Source: an uncultured Pseudomonadota bacterium (GTDB lineage Bacteria; Pseudomonadota; Alphaproteobacteria; Rs-D84). Taken from it: a stretch of DNA of 64,000 bases. Position 1 is the stretch's first letter. Every line of letters begins with the position of its first letter. The stretch spans positions 397 through 64,396 of the forward strand of contig CADARU010000004.1 in assembly GCA_902790415.1 (NCBI GenBank). The letters run 5' to 3'. A program made the position numbers and the translations under genes. The notes below the pieces were generated by a model. It did not search any database and had not been told where the DNA came from. It saw nothing but the letters and a program-made list of their open reading frames with translations. Below, in pieces: positions 56,650 through 64,000 of the stretch.

Positions 56650-57153
56650 ATGTTTGGATTTGGTAAAAAGAAAAAAGTCGAATCAACCCAAGAAGTAAAA
56701 AACGATGCCTCAGAACCAAAAATGCCCAAGGGCATGAAGGAAACCGCCGAACGTATGATGAACGGTCAATTTGATATGAACGATATGTTGGCGCAATTAA
56801 AACAGATTAAAAAAATGAGCAATTTTAGTGGGCTGCTTAAAATGGTGCCGGGGATGTCTGGTGCGGTTTCGGCAATGAAGGAAAAAATCAAAGACGGCAG
56901 TGTTGATGCACAAATCAAAATATTGGAAGCAATGACTGCCGCCGAACGTGCCGACCCAGAAAAGATTTTTGCAAATGCCAAAGCCCGTATTGCACAAACC
57001 GCAGGGGTAACCGTTCGTGAAGTTGAACATATTATCAAACAATATTTAAAGATGAAACAACAAATGGCCTTGATTCAACGTATGGGCGGGATGGAGGCCG
57101 TAATGCAAAAAATGCAATCGGCCCAAGGCGGCGTTCCGGGTGCAAATAATTAA
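56650..57153 (+). CDS. Stand-alone SRP54 (Ffh) M-domain-like protein; no N or G domain
   Basis: ATG at 56650 follows SD AAGGAG. Ffh M-domain features are present: G.FD.ND.L.QL.Q.KKM......LKM.PGM, E.MT..ER..P..I....K.RIA...G..V.EV...IKQY..M, and a Met-rich tail. The upstream gene is uvrA, so no NG domain is adjacent. Confidence 0.65.
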   Translation: MFGFGKKKKVESTQEVKNDASEPKMPKGMKETAERMMNGQFDMNDMLAQLKQIKKMSNFSGLLKMVPGMSGAVSAMKEKIKDGSVDAQIKILEAMTAAERADPEKIFANAKARIAQTAGVTVREVEHIIKQYLKMKQQMALIQRMGGMEAVMQKMQSAQGGVPGANN

Positions 57154-57813
57154 ATGAAAATAACAAATAAAAAAATTGCAAAGCATAAATCAAGTGTCGC
57201 ATGGTTGCAACGCCAGGCATCAGATCCCTATGTTGCACGTGCGCATGCGGACGGTTATCGCGCACGTGCGGCATATAAATTGATTGAAATAAATGAACGT
57301 TATAAATTTTTGAAAAACGGTCAGACGGTTGTGGATTTGGGGGCGGCACCGGGTTCTTGGTCGCAATTTATTGCGCGGACTTTTCCAAAAACAAAAATTT
57401 TTGCGATGGATTTATTGGAAATTACACCAATAAATAATGTCGAATTTTACCAGGGTGATTTTACTTCTGATGATGCCTTGCGTTGGTTGGAAGAAAAATT
57501 GAATATGAAAAACGACAATGATGGTGTTGTTGATGTCGTGGTTTCTGATATGGCACCGAACACCGTTGGACATCAAAAGACCGACCATTTGCGCCAGATG
57601 GTTTTGTTGGAATATGCTTTTGATTTTGCGTGTCGCGCATTAAAAACGGGGGGGACATTTGTTGCAAAATCTTTTACCGGTGGAACAACAAACGAGTTGT
57701 TAAAACAAATAAAACAAAAATTCGAATCGGTGCATCATATAAAACCGGAATCTTCGCGCAAAGATTCGGTGGAAATGTTTATTGTTGCACTGGGGTACAA
57801 AAATAATATATAA
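57154..57813 (+). CDS. rlmE: 23S rRNA (uridine2552-2'-O)-methyltransferase RlmE (FtsJ)
   Basis: W...Q..D.YV..A...GYR.RAAYKL.EI......LK.G..VVDLGAAPG.WSQ and DVV.SDMAPN..G. The ATG directly abuts the stop of the previous gene. Confidence 0.9.
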   Translation: MKITNKKIAKHKSSVAWLQRQASDPYVARAHADGYRARAAYKLIEINERYKFLKNGQTVVDLGAAPGSWSQFIARTFPKTKIFAMDLLEITPINNVEFYQGDFTSDDALRWLEEKLNMKNDNDGVVDVVVSDMAPNTVGHQKTDHLRQMVLLEYAFDFACRALKTGGTFVAKSFTGGTTNELLKQIKQKFESVHHIKPESSRKDSVEMFIVALGYKNNI

Positions 57814-57840
57814 TGCCTGTATAAAAATGGAGAAAAAAGT

Positions 57841-58386
57841 ATGCCAACTACTAAAAAAACAAATACAAAAAAATCAACTGCGCCACGTCGTACGGTGAAA
57901 CGTACGGTTGTTCGCAAAACTGTTACGACAACGGAAACCGTTCGTCCGGTTGCACCTGTTGCACCGGAAAGAAATCGTATGATTGGACCGTTCGCATCTG
58001 TTCGTAATTTTATTTTGGGATATTTTGATTTCTTGGGGCGTTCAACGCGCAGTGAATTCTGGTTCGGGTTATTATTTGTGTTTTTGGTTACATTTGCGGT
58101 GTTTGCATTGTTTGGCCGCGGTGTCGTGTTTTCGGTATGTAACATTTTGTTGTTTATACCATTTGTTGCATTGTCTGCACGCAGATTCCAAGATGCGGGC
58201 CTGTCGGTGTGGTGGTATATGATACCATGTTTATTGTTTTATTTGGTGCCGGTATTTCGTGCGGCGGTGTGGGCGCGTTTGATGGCGTTTAATATGGTGT
58301 CTTTGGATATGGCACTGTATTCGTTCTTTGCGATTGCATTTTGGATATTTTGTTTTGTGGTTGCATGTTTGCCGACACGTAAATAA
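57841..58386 (+). CDS. DUF805-family inner-membrane protein with basic N-terminal extension
   Basis: GRSTRSEFW and RRFQDAGLS..W motifs with 4 TM segments. The N-terminal ~45 aa are rich in K, R and T. Confidence 0.7.
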   Translation: MPTTKKTNTKKSTAPRRTVKRTVVRKTVTTTETVRPVAPVAPERNRMIGPFASVRNFILGYFDFLGRSTRSEFWFGLLFVFLVTFAVFALFGRGVVFSVCNILLFIPFVALSARRFQDAGLSVWWYMIPCLLFYLVPVFRAAVWARLMAFNMVSLDMALYSFFAIAFWIFCFVVACLPTRK

Positions 58387-58404
58387 AGGAAATAATTTGT
58401 GTTT

Positions 58405-58435
58405 TATACCGCGCGATTATGCGCGGTATTTTTTG
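58405..58435 (+). terminator. Rho-independent terminator
   Basis: tataccgcgc-gattat-gcgcggtat followed by ttttt. Confidence 0.75.
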
Positions 58436-58448
58436 TAATACAATTTAT

Positions 58449-58477
58449 TTGTAATATATTTTTTTTTTATGTATAAT
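58449..58477 (+). promoter_or_regulatory. Promoter of tRNA-Pro
   Basis: TTGTAA (58449..58454), a 17-nt spacer, then TATAAT (58472..58477), 11 nt upstream of the tRNA. Confidence 0.6.
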
Positions 58478-58488
58478 CATGTGGTCGT

Positions 58489-58565
58489 CGGGGCGTAGCT
58501 CAGCCTGGTAGAGTACTTGCATGGGGTGCAAGGGGTCGCAGGTTCGATTCCTGTCGCCCCGACCA
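58489..58565 (+). tRNA. tRNA-Pro (anticodon GGG)
   Basis: Hand-folded cloverleaf: acceptor CGGGGCG/CGCCCCG, D arm GCTC-AGCCTGGTA-GAGT, anticodon stem CTTGC/GCAAG with loop AT-GGG-GT, T arm GCAGG-TTCGATT-CCTGT, and an encoded CCA. Confidence 0.9.
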
Positions 58566-58606
58566 TAAAATAAAAATGTCGCCAAGGGCGGCATTAAACA
58601 TAAAAT

Positions 58607-58642
58607 AACCGCCACTTTCGTGGCGGTTGTCGTTTTTTTTTT
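58607..58642. terminator. Terminator after tRNA-Pro (also abuts the stop of the minus-strand His-rich gene)
   Basis: aaccgccac-tttc-gtggcggtt followed by gtcgtttttttttt. Confidence 0.75.
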
Positions 58643-58895
58643 ACATAAATGCAGATATTAATATCGCGGTGGCAAGAAAGATATTACCTGCATTGTGATG
58701 ATGATGGTGGTGATGATGATGGTGTGCGGGCTTTACATGATGATGGTGTCCATGATGATTATTTTGGACAACCGTTACAACATGGGCCGGTTGATGATGC
58801 CCCATCCTGTGATTAGAAGGCGCGGCGTTTGCCGTTCCAACAGATAATACCGCAACCAGGACACTGGCAAGTACAAGTAGTTTTGTTTTTTTCAT
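58641..58895 (-). CDS. Small secreted/anchored histidine-rich protein
   Basis: Signal peptide MKKTKLLVLASVLVAVLSVGTANA, a His-rich core (HHGHHHHVKPAHHHHHHHHHH) and a hydrophobic C-terminus IFLATAILISAFM. Confidence 0.6.
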   Translation of the reverse strand: MKKTKLLVLASVLVAVLSVGTANAAPSNHRMGHHQPAHVVTVVQNNHHGHHHHVKPAHHHHHHHHHHNAGNIFLATAILISAFM

Positions 58896-59072
58896 ATTTT
58901 ACTCCTTTACGCAAAATCATTATATATTATAATTATTATAAAACGCAACGTTTTTTTTATTTTTTATAATTATTGTATTTTGTTGTGTTTTATGCTTGCA
59001 CGAATCGGAAAAATTTTTCTATATTCTCGGTATGATTATTTAATACAACAATTTGTTGCAAAGGAGGCACCT

Positions 59073-59447
59073 ATGATTGTTGGTATTGGTATTGACTTGG
59101 TGGAATCTGGTCGTTTTTTAGATTGGTCTGCATTTAAAAAACAACGTATTTTTACAAAGAAGGAATTAGAATATGCTGATGCGGACAACGCAAATGCCGA
59201 AAAACATCTGGCAAATTTTTGGGCCGCGCGTGAGGCATGTCTAAAAGCCATGGGAACGGGGTTTGGCGATGATATCGCATTTCTTGATATTTCGGTTGTG
59301 CATGATGATAACGGCCGTCCAGAATTGCTAATCAGTGGCGGTGCGCGTGCCGTATTAAAAGAAATTGCCGGTACGGGTGCAACAGTGCATTTATCTATTA
59401 CCGATCAAGATGCGTATTCTGCGGCAATGGTTGTGATTGAAAAATAG
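59073..59447 (+). CDS. acpS: Holo-[acyl-carrier-protein] synthase
   Basis: Start trimmed to MIVGIGIDLVE (SD AAGGAGG). AcpS motifs FWAAREA..KA.G.G and S.T... are present. Confidence 0.88.
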   Translation: MIVGIGIDLVESGRFLDWSAFKKQRIFTKKELEYADADNANAEKHLANFWAAREACLKAMGTGFGDDIAFLDISVVHDDNGRPELLISGGARAVLKEIAGTGATVHLSITDQDAYSAAMVVIEK

Positions 59448-59451
59448 TTAA

Positions 59452-59477
59452 AAAATATCGCACATATGTGCGATATT
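59452..59477. terminator. Bidirectional terminator between acpS and the minus-strand membrane-protein gene
   Basis: aatatcgcaca-tat-gtgcgatatt flanked by A- and T-tracts. Confidence 0.7.
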
Positions 59478-59478
59478 T

Positions 59479-59766
59479 TTATTTCTTGTTTTTAAATAAA
59501 TCGTTGTGTTTATACCAAAACGCCATGAATAAATTTAATAAAAATAAATAATCCTGTAAACCAACCCCACCGATAAAACGCCAACTAAATGACGGGAAAG
59601 AACCAACCCACGGCCAAGGTCCGACAACCATCAAAAAACACGCCAAAGAAATCAAAAAACTGATGGTTACGATATCAAACTTTGCACGTCTTACAGATAA
59701 AATTATGGTGGGCAAGAAAACAACAAAAGCCGCAATAAAAAATAGCCCTACAATTTCTATCATATG
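59479..59766 (-). CDS. Small integral membrane protein, unknown function
   Basis: ORF 59479..59814, with a likely start at MIEIVGLFFIAAFVVFLP. Three hydrophobic segments. Confidence 0.45.
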   Translation of the reverse strand, partial: HMIEIVGLFFIAAFVVFLPTIILSVRRAKFDIVTISFLISLACFLMVVGPWPWVGSFPSFSWRFIGGVGLQDYLFLLNLFMAFWYKHNDLFKNKK

Positions 59767-59826
59767 AAATCCTTCTCTCTCGAAATGAATTATATCATAA
59801 AAAGTTTTATTCACAAAACGAAAAAA

Positions 59827-60255
59827 TTATTTTAATGCTTCGGCGGCGGCACGTGCCAATTCATCACATTTTTCGTTAAATTCTTCGCCATTATGTCCGC
59901 GTACCCAAACCCAATGAATTTTTATTTTTGCGGCCAATTCATCTAATTTTTGCCACAGGTCTTGATTTTTAACAGGTTTTTTATCCGCAGTGCGCCAGTT
60001 ATTTTTTCGCCAATTTTTTATCCATGTTTGCATGCCGTTTTTTACGTATTGACTGTCGGTATGAATTTCTAACTCTTGATGCCGATGCGCCGCGGTTAGT
60101 GCGCGTATTACCGCCATTAATTCCATGCGATTGTTGGTTGTGTTTGGTTCGCCACCACTGCGGTGCGCAATATTTTTACCATCGGTTGCAACAAATGCCC
60201 ATCCGCCCGGGCCGGGGTTACCCAAACAACTGCCGTCTGTCCAAATTTTTAGCAT
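59827..60255 (-). CDS. rnhA: Ribonuclease HI
   Basis: Start trimmed to MLKIWTDGSCLGNPGPGGW. Motifs TNNRMEL.A and HTDSQYV......W..NWKK are present. Confidence 0.92.
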   Translation of the reverse strand: MLKIWTDGSCLGNPGPGGWAFVATDGKNIAHRSGGEPNTTNNRMELMAVIRALTAAHRHQELEIHTDSQYVKNGMQTWIKNWRKNNWRTADKKPVKNQDLWQKLDELAAKIKIHWVWVRGHNGEEFNEKCDELARAAAEALK

Positions 60256-60291
60256 TTTATTTACCTTTTGTTTGTGATATAATATCATAAA

Positions 60292-62082
60292 ATGTTCATA
60301 GATGCCAAGAATTTACGTGAAATGTCTAATGCGTTGCGCGCAACTGCGTTACGTACGTTGCGTCACGCACAAAGTGGGCATTTCGGTATCATAATGTCGG
60401 CGGCTGATATCGTTACAATGATTTATGCGGTGTTCATGTCGGGCGCAAATGACAGGTTTGTTTTGTCTGCGGGACATGGTTCGGCATTGTTGTATTCGGC
60501 ATTAAGTTTATCAGGTCATAATATCGGAAATTTAGATTCTTTTCGCAGGTTTGGTGGGTTGCCGGGACATCCGGAATTTGGCATGGATGGCGTTGCCGCA
60601 ACAACAGGACCACTGGGCCAAGGTGTTGCAAATGCGGTTGGTATGGCGATTGCAGAAAAACATAAAAATACATGTGGGCGTGTTTTTTGTTTGTGCAGTG
60701 ATGGCGATTTGATGGAAGGTGTTGCCAATGAAGCAATAGGTTTTGCCGGCCGATATAATCTGGATAATCTGGTTTTGTTTTGGGATGATAACGGATTGTC
60801 AATAGATGGTGTTGCACAAACGGATGTGAATATTCCAATGCGTATGCGTGCGGCCGGTTGGACGGTTGTGGCGGCCGATGGAAATGATTTTGATTCGATA
60901 TATGATGCGGTATATGGCGCGAATACCAAGGGACCTTTGTTTGTTGCCTGTAAAACCGTATTGGGGGCGGATTCTTCGGTTGCAGGTATGGCGCGTGCGC
61001 ATGGTTTTGGTGTTTCTGATTTAGAATTGGTGAATTTAATAGAGCGTTTCGATTCGGTATCTGGATTAAATTTGTGGAAAAAATTGGCGGTCGAATTCAA
61101 AAAAAATCGAACGTCTTTGCGGCGGGTTGTTTTGCCGAATGACGTGTTGCCGAAATGTCCGAATTTTATTTCAACACGCGAAATGTCGGGTATCTATCTG
61201 AACCAAATTGTTGCGCGCAATCGTAATTTGATTGGGGGCAGTGCGGATTTATCATCCAGTACAAATGTTAAATCTGATGCAACATGTGAAATTACACGTG
61301 ATGATTTTTCCGGGAACTTTATAAATTACGGTGTGCGCGAACATGCAATGGCGGCAATTATGAACGGTATGACTTATGCCGGTTTGCGTACATTTGGTTC
61401 AACATTTTTGGTGTTCAGCGATTATATGCGTGGTGCGATGCGTATTGCGGCATTGTCGGGGCTGCCGGTTGTATATGTGTTGACACATGACAGTATTGCG
61501 GTCGGTCAAGATGGTCCAACGCATCAACCGGTGGAACAAATTGCGGGACTGCGTTTGATTCCGAATATGAATGTGTTTCGACCATCTAATATGGCCGAAG
61601 TTGCGGTTGCATGGCGAACCGCGTTAAGTGAACCTTGTCGTCCATCTTGTATCATTTTATCGCGCCAAAAAATAAATCAAACTTTGTCGGCGGTGGTGGG
61701 AACCCCATATTGTGGCGGCTATGTTGTATATCGCGCGCGCCGGCACAGAATACGTATGACATTGATTGCAACCGGAACCGAAGTGCCTTTGGCAATCAGT
61801 GTGGCACGTCGTTTGGGGCCTTGGGTTCAGGTGGTCAGTATGCCATCTGTTTCTAAATTCCGGGAAATGGATGCGGCATATAAGAAACAAATCTTGCGCG
61901 GACGTGTTGTCGTGATAGAGGCGGGCGCAACATCTGGGTGGTTTGAGTTTGCTGATGCGGTGATTGGTGTTGACGGGTTTGGCGCATCGGGGCCGGGCGA
62001 TATGGTTTATCGTGAATATGGTTTTGATACCAGTGCAATAGTTCAAGAGATTCGTGGCAGATTAAAAAATGGCAAATTATGA
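60292..62082 (+). CDS. tkt: Transketolase (shorter than usual, 596 aa)
   Basis: SGH.G...S.A.I; DRFVLSAGHGS.LLY; GHPE......V..TTGPLGQG..NAVGMA.AE; GS.DL..S; THDSI.VG.DGPTHQP.E. Confidence 0.9.
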   Translation: MFIDAKNLREMSNALRATALRTLRHAQSGHFGIIMSAADIVTMIYAVFMSGANDRFVLSAGHGSALLYSALSLSGHNIGNLDSFRRFGGLPGHPEFGMDGVAATTGPLGQGVANAVGMAIAEKHKNTCGRVFCLCSDGDLMEGVANEAIGFAGRYNLDNLVLFWDDNGLSIDGVAQTDVNIPMRMRAAGWTVVAADGNDFDSIYDAVYGANTKGPLFVACKTVLGADSSVAGMARAHGFGVSDLELVNLIERFDSVSGLNLWKKLAVEFKKNRTSLRRVVLPNDVLPKCPNFISTREMSGIYLNQIVARNRNLIGGSADLSSSTNVKSDATCEITRDDFSGNFINYGVREHAMAAIMNGMTYAGLRTFGSTFLVFSDYMRGAMRIAALSGLPVVYVLTHDSIAVGQDGPTHQPVEQIAGLRLIPNMNVFRPSNMAEVAVAWRTALSEPCRPSCIILSRQKINQTLSAVVGTPYCGGYVVYRARRHRIRMTLIATGTEVPLAISVARRLGPWVQVVSMPSVSKFREMDAAYKKQILRGRVVVIEAGATSGWFEFADAVIGVDGFGASGPGDMVYREYGFDTSAIVQEIRGRLKNGKL

Positions 62083-62779
62083 ATTTATCACGTCTGATGG
62101 TGAACATATTCCAATAGAAATAAATGTAAAGCGCGGTATGAAAAATATAACCTTGCGACCGCGTGTTGTGTGTGGTGCGCGGCGTATAGAAATATCGCGT
62201 CCATGGTTGTCGACAGATGCGGCGGCGATGCGTTTTGTTGAACAGAAACGGCGTTGGTTGGAACGAATTTTTGCAAATGCGCCATGTCGTGGACATTTAA
62301 AATCTGGCGATTGGTTTGATTTTTTGGATATGCGTGTACACGTGTTGCATGATGATACTGTGCGGGTAACACGATTCGTTTTACAAGATGATGGTACGTA
62401 CACCTTGTTTGTTGGTGGGGATGCGGCGTTATTGGAAAACCGTATTCGTACATTTATAAAGTCAGAATTATTAAAACATATCAAGAAACTGATTTTGCAA
62501 ACACCGCGTGAATTTTGGCCACGACGTATTGCGTTGCGCGATACGTCATCACGTTGGGGGTCTTGTTCAACGACCGGGACAATATCTTTTTCGTGGCGAT
62601 TGGCGTTTGCGCCATACGATGTTATGCGGTATGTTGTTATGCACGAATTATCGCACAGAAAGCACATGGACCACTCTCCGGAATTTTGGGCCCAGGTTAG
62701 GGCATTATATGGTTTTGGTGTGGAACGTGCAAAACGTTGGCTGACCAAAAACGGCGCTTCGTTGCATCAGTACTTATAA
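62069..62779 (+). CDS. DUF45/YgjP-like metal-dependent hydrolase (HExxH)
   Basis: SRWGSCS..G.I.F.WRL and Y.V.HELSH..HM.HS..FW motifs. It overlaps the tkt stop by 14 nt. Confidence 0.8.
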   Translation: MANYEFITSDGEHIPIEINVKRGMKNITLRPRVVCGARRIEISRPWLSTDAAAMRFVEQKRRWLERIFANAPCRGHLKSGDWFDFLDMRVHVLHDDTVRVTRFVLQDDGTYTLFVGGDAALLENRIRTFIKSELLKHIKKLILQTPREFWPRRIALRDTSSRWGSCSTTGTISFSWRLAFAPYDVMRYVVMHELSHRKHMDHSPEFWAQVRALYGFGVERAKRWLTKNGASLHQYL

Positions 62780-62896
62780 ATACTTTTCTTTGTTTGTTGC
62801 GAAACCATTCCTGAACCAATTTGGGGGCTTTTTTATTATAATTTTATTGTGTCAAAGTGGCATAAAAATAAAAAACAATTAACAAAGGACGAAAAT

Positions 62897-63244
62897 ATGA
62901 AAAAAATATCAGTGCTTGCGATATTGGGCGCGATTGCGACCGTACCTGGTTTTGCCGCATCGAATAATATGAATAATAATGCGATGACGGTTGTATCTGT
63001 TGAAGAAGTTCGCAATATGTCGGACAATTCACCGGTTATAATTCGCGGATATATGTTGCGCCAAAATGGTGAAAATTCCTATGTATTCCAAGATGATACC
63101 GGCACAATCAATTTGGAAATAGACGAAGAAGATTGGGGTGGTCAAACATTTTCACCAAATGATTTTGTAGAAGTATGGGGTGAAGTTGATAAAAACGGAA
63201 TGTCGGTTACCGAAATTGACGTATCCGCAATCAAAAAATTATAA
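62897..63244 (+). CDS. YgiW/YdeI-family periplasmic OB-fold (BOF) protein
   Basis: Start trimmed to MKKISVLAILGAIATVPGFAA (signal peptide). The sequence V.IRGY......G...Y.FQDDTG.I...ID...W.GQ...P.D.VE..GEVDK is typical of the family. Confidence 0.75.
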   Translation: MKKISVLAILGAIATVPGFAASNNMNNNAMTVVSVEEVRNMSDNSPVIIRGYMLRQNGENSYVFQDDTGTINLEIDEEDWGGQTFSPNDFVEVWGEVDKNGMSVTEIDVSAIKKL

Positions 63245-63264
63245 ATCACAAGATTTATAAAAAA

Positions 63265-63292
63265 ACAGGTGCAAATTTGCACCCGTTTTTTT
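63265..63292 (+). terminator. Rho-independent terminator
   Basis: acaggtgca-aatt-tgcacccgt followed by ttttttg. Confidence 0.75.
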
Positions 63293-63434
63293 GTTTTTAT
63301 GATATAACTCCCGTAACATTAATGTGGGGGCACGCGTATGAAACAATTTACAAAAAATCGCAGAAATCTAGAGAGAAACTAGCGACCTTAAAAAACATAC
63401 ATTTGTATGCGGCTGTGTTTCTTTGATAGTTTTG

Positions 63435-64000
63435 CTATTTATTTGTTAATTGCAATTCTATACGGCGATTTTTTTGCAAACTGGCCTTGTCTGCACCTAA
63501 TTCAACCGGGTGTAAATCACCAAAGCCCGTTGGAACCAATCGGCGTGGTGATACCCCATCACGAATTAATTCATTTGCAACAACCGTTGCGCGCAACAAT
63601 GATAATTGCATATTTGTTTTGTATGCCGCATTACCACGAACAACCTGTTTGTTGTCGGTATGACCGTCAACACGAATAATCCAATCAATGTCAGACGGAA
63701 TTTGATTTTCCAAATCTTTGATAACGTTGGATATTAGTTTTAATTGCTTTTTACCTTCGGGTGATAATTTGTATGAACCACTGGAAAACAATATATCACT
63801 GGGGACGATAAAGCGGTCGCCGTCTTGTTGTAACGTTTTGGTGTCGCCCAATGCCAATTTGATGGATTTATAAAATTCAGATTGATATTTGCCCATATCT
63901 TGCAGTTCGGCAACCTTGTCCGCCAAGGCCTTGTTCAGGCGCGTTGACATTTCAACGTATTGAACTTCTTGTTCTTTTGATTTGGCTTCGGCGGCATCCA
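63435..64000 (-). CDS. OmpA/MotB-domain peptidoglycan-binding protein with coiled-coil N-terminal part (5' end probably beyond the window)
   Basis: The C-terminal OmpA-like domain reads F.SGSY.LS..GK..L......L.........I.V.GHTDN.........Y..N..LS..RA..V...L...GV...RL...GFG...P......A...NRRIEL. The reading frame stays open upstream of the first ATG to position 64000. Confidence 0.7.
   Translation of the reverse strand, partial: DAAEAKSKEQEVQYVEMSTRLNKALADKVAELQDMGKYQSEFYKSIKLALGDTKTLQQDGDRFIVPSDILFSSGSYKLSPEGKKQLKLISNVIKDLENQIPSDIDWIIRVDGHTDNKQVVRGNAAYKTNMQLSLLRATVVANELIRDGVSPRRLVPTGFGDLHPVELGADKASLQKNRRIELQLTNK

Noticed and set aside
62077-62748. 223-aa minus-strand ORF
   Set aside because: It is antisense to the DUF45/YgjP-like gene, which has the HExxH motif and the family-typical N-terminus.

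Overview
Gram-negative, proteobacteria-like, moderately AT-rich chromosomal window. All motif and repeat comparisons here were done by eye, with no database or HMM search. The core, on the + strand from 7.8 to 30.1 kb, is a near-complete str-S10-spc-alpha ribosomal-protein supercluster: rpsL-rpsG-fusA-tuf-rpsJ...rplO-secY-rpsM-rpsK ... rpoA-rplQ. It lacks adk/infA/rpmJ after secY and has no rpsD. Two features stand out. (1) A 3.7-kb insertion with three secreted/membrane-protein genes separates rpsK from rpoA. (2) rplQ is followed by a ~19.5-kb block (30.2-49.7 kb) made up entirely of genes for signal-peptide proteins. These are cysteine-rich, carry glycine-zipper-like segments or are internally repetitive, and I recognise no enzyme family among them. 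Inside that block, a 123-nt inverted repeat links a full-length 940-aa gene to a promoterless, 5'-truncated alternative C-terminal cassette. This looks like a recombinational switch for a surface protein and is my best candidate for an undescribed system. The left edge (1-4.5 kb) holds a second variable family: tail-fibre-like secreted proteins that share a near-identical leader and signal-peptide module. mltG and two tandem outer-membrane beta-barrel paralogs follow. The right part contains a 535-bp MITE-like element with 28-bp inverted repeats and an 8-bp target duplication, then tRNA-Arg(TCT) with a 59-bp duplicated 3' end. After these come tspO, an ftsB-like gene, dus, rodZ, a disrupted uvrA, a stand-alone SRP54 M-domain gene, rlmE and a DUF805 gene. 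The window ends with tRNA-Pro(GGG), a His-rich small protein, acpS, rnhA, tkt, a DUF45-type metallohydrolase, a ygiW-like gene and a partial OmpA/MotB-domain gene. I saw no rRNA, CRISPR array, transposase or integrase.
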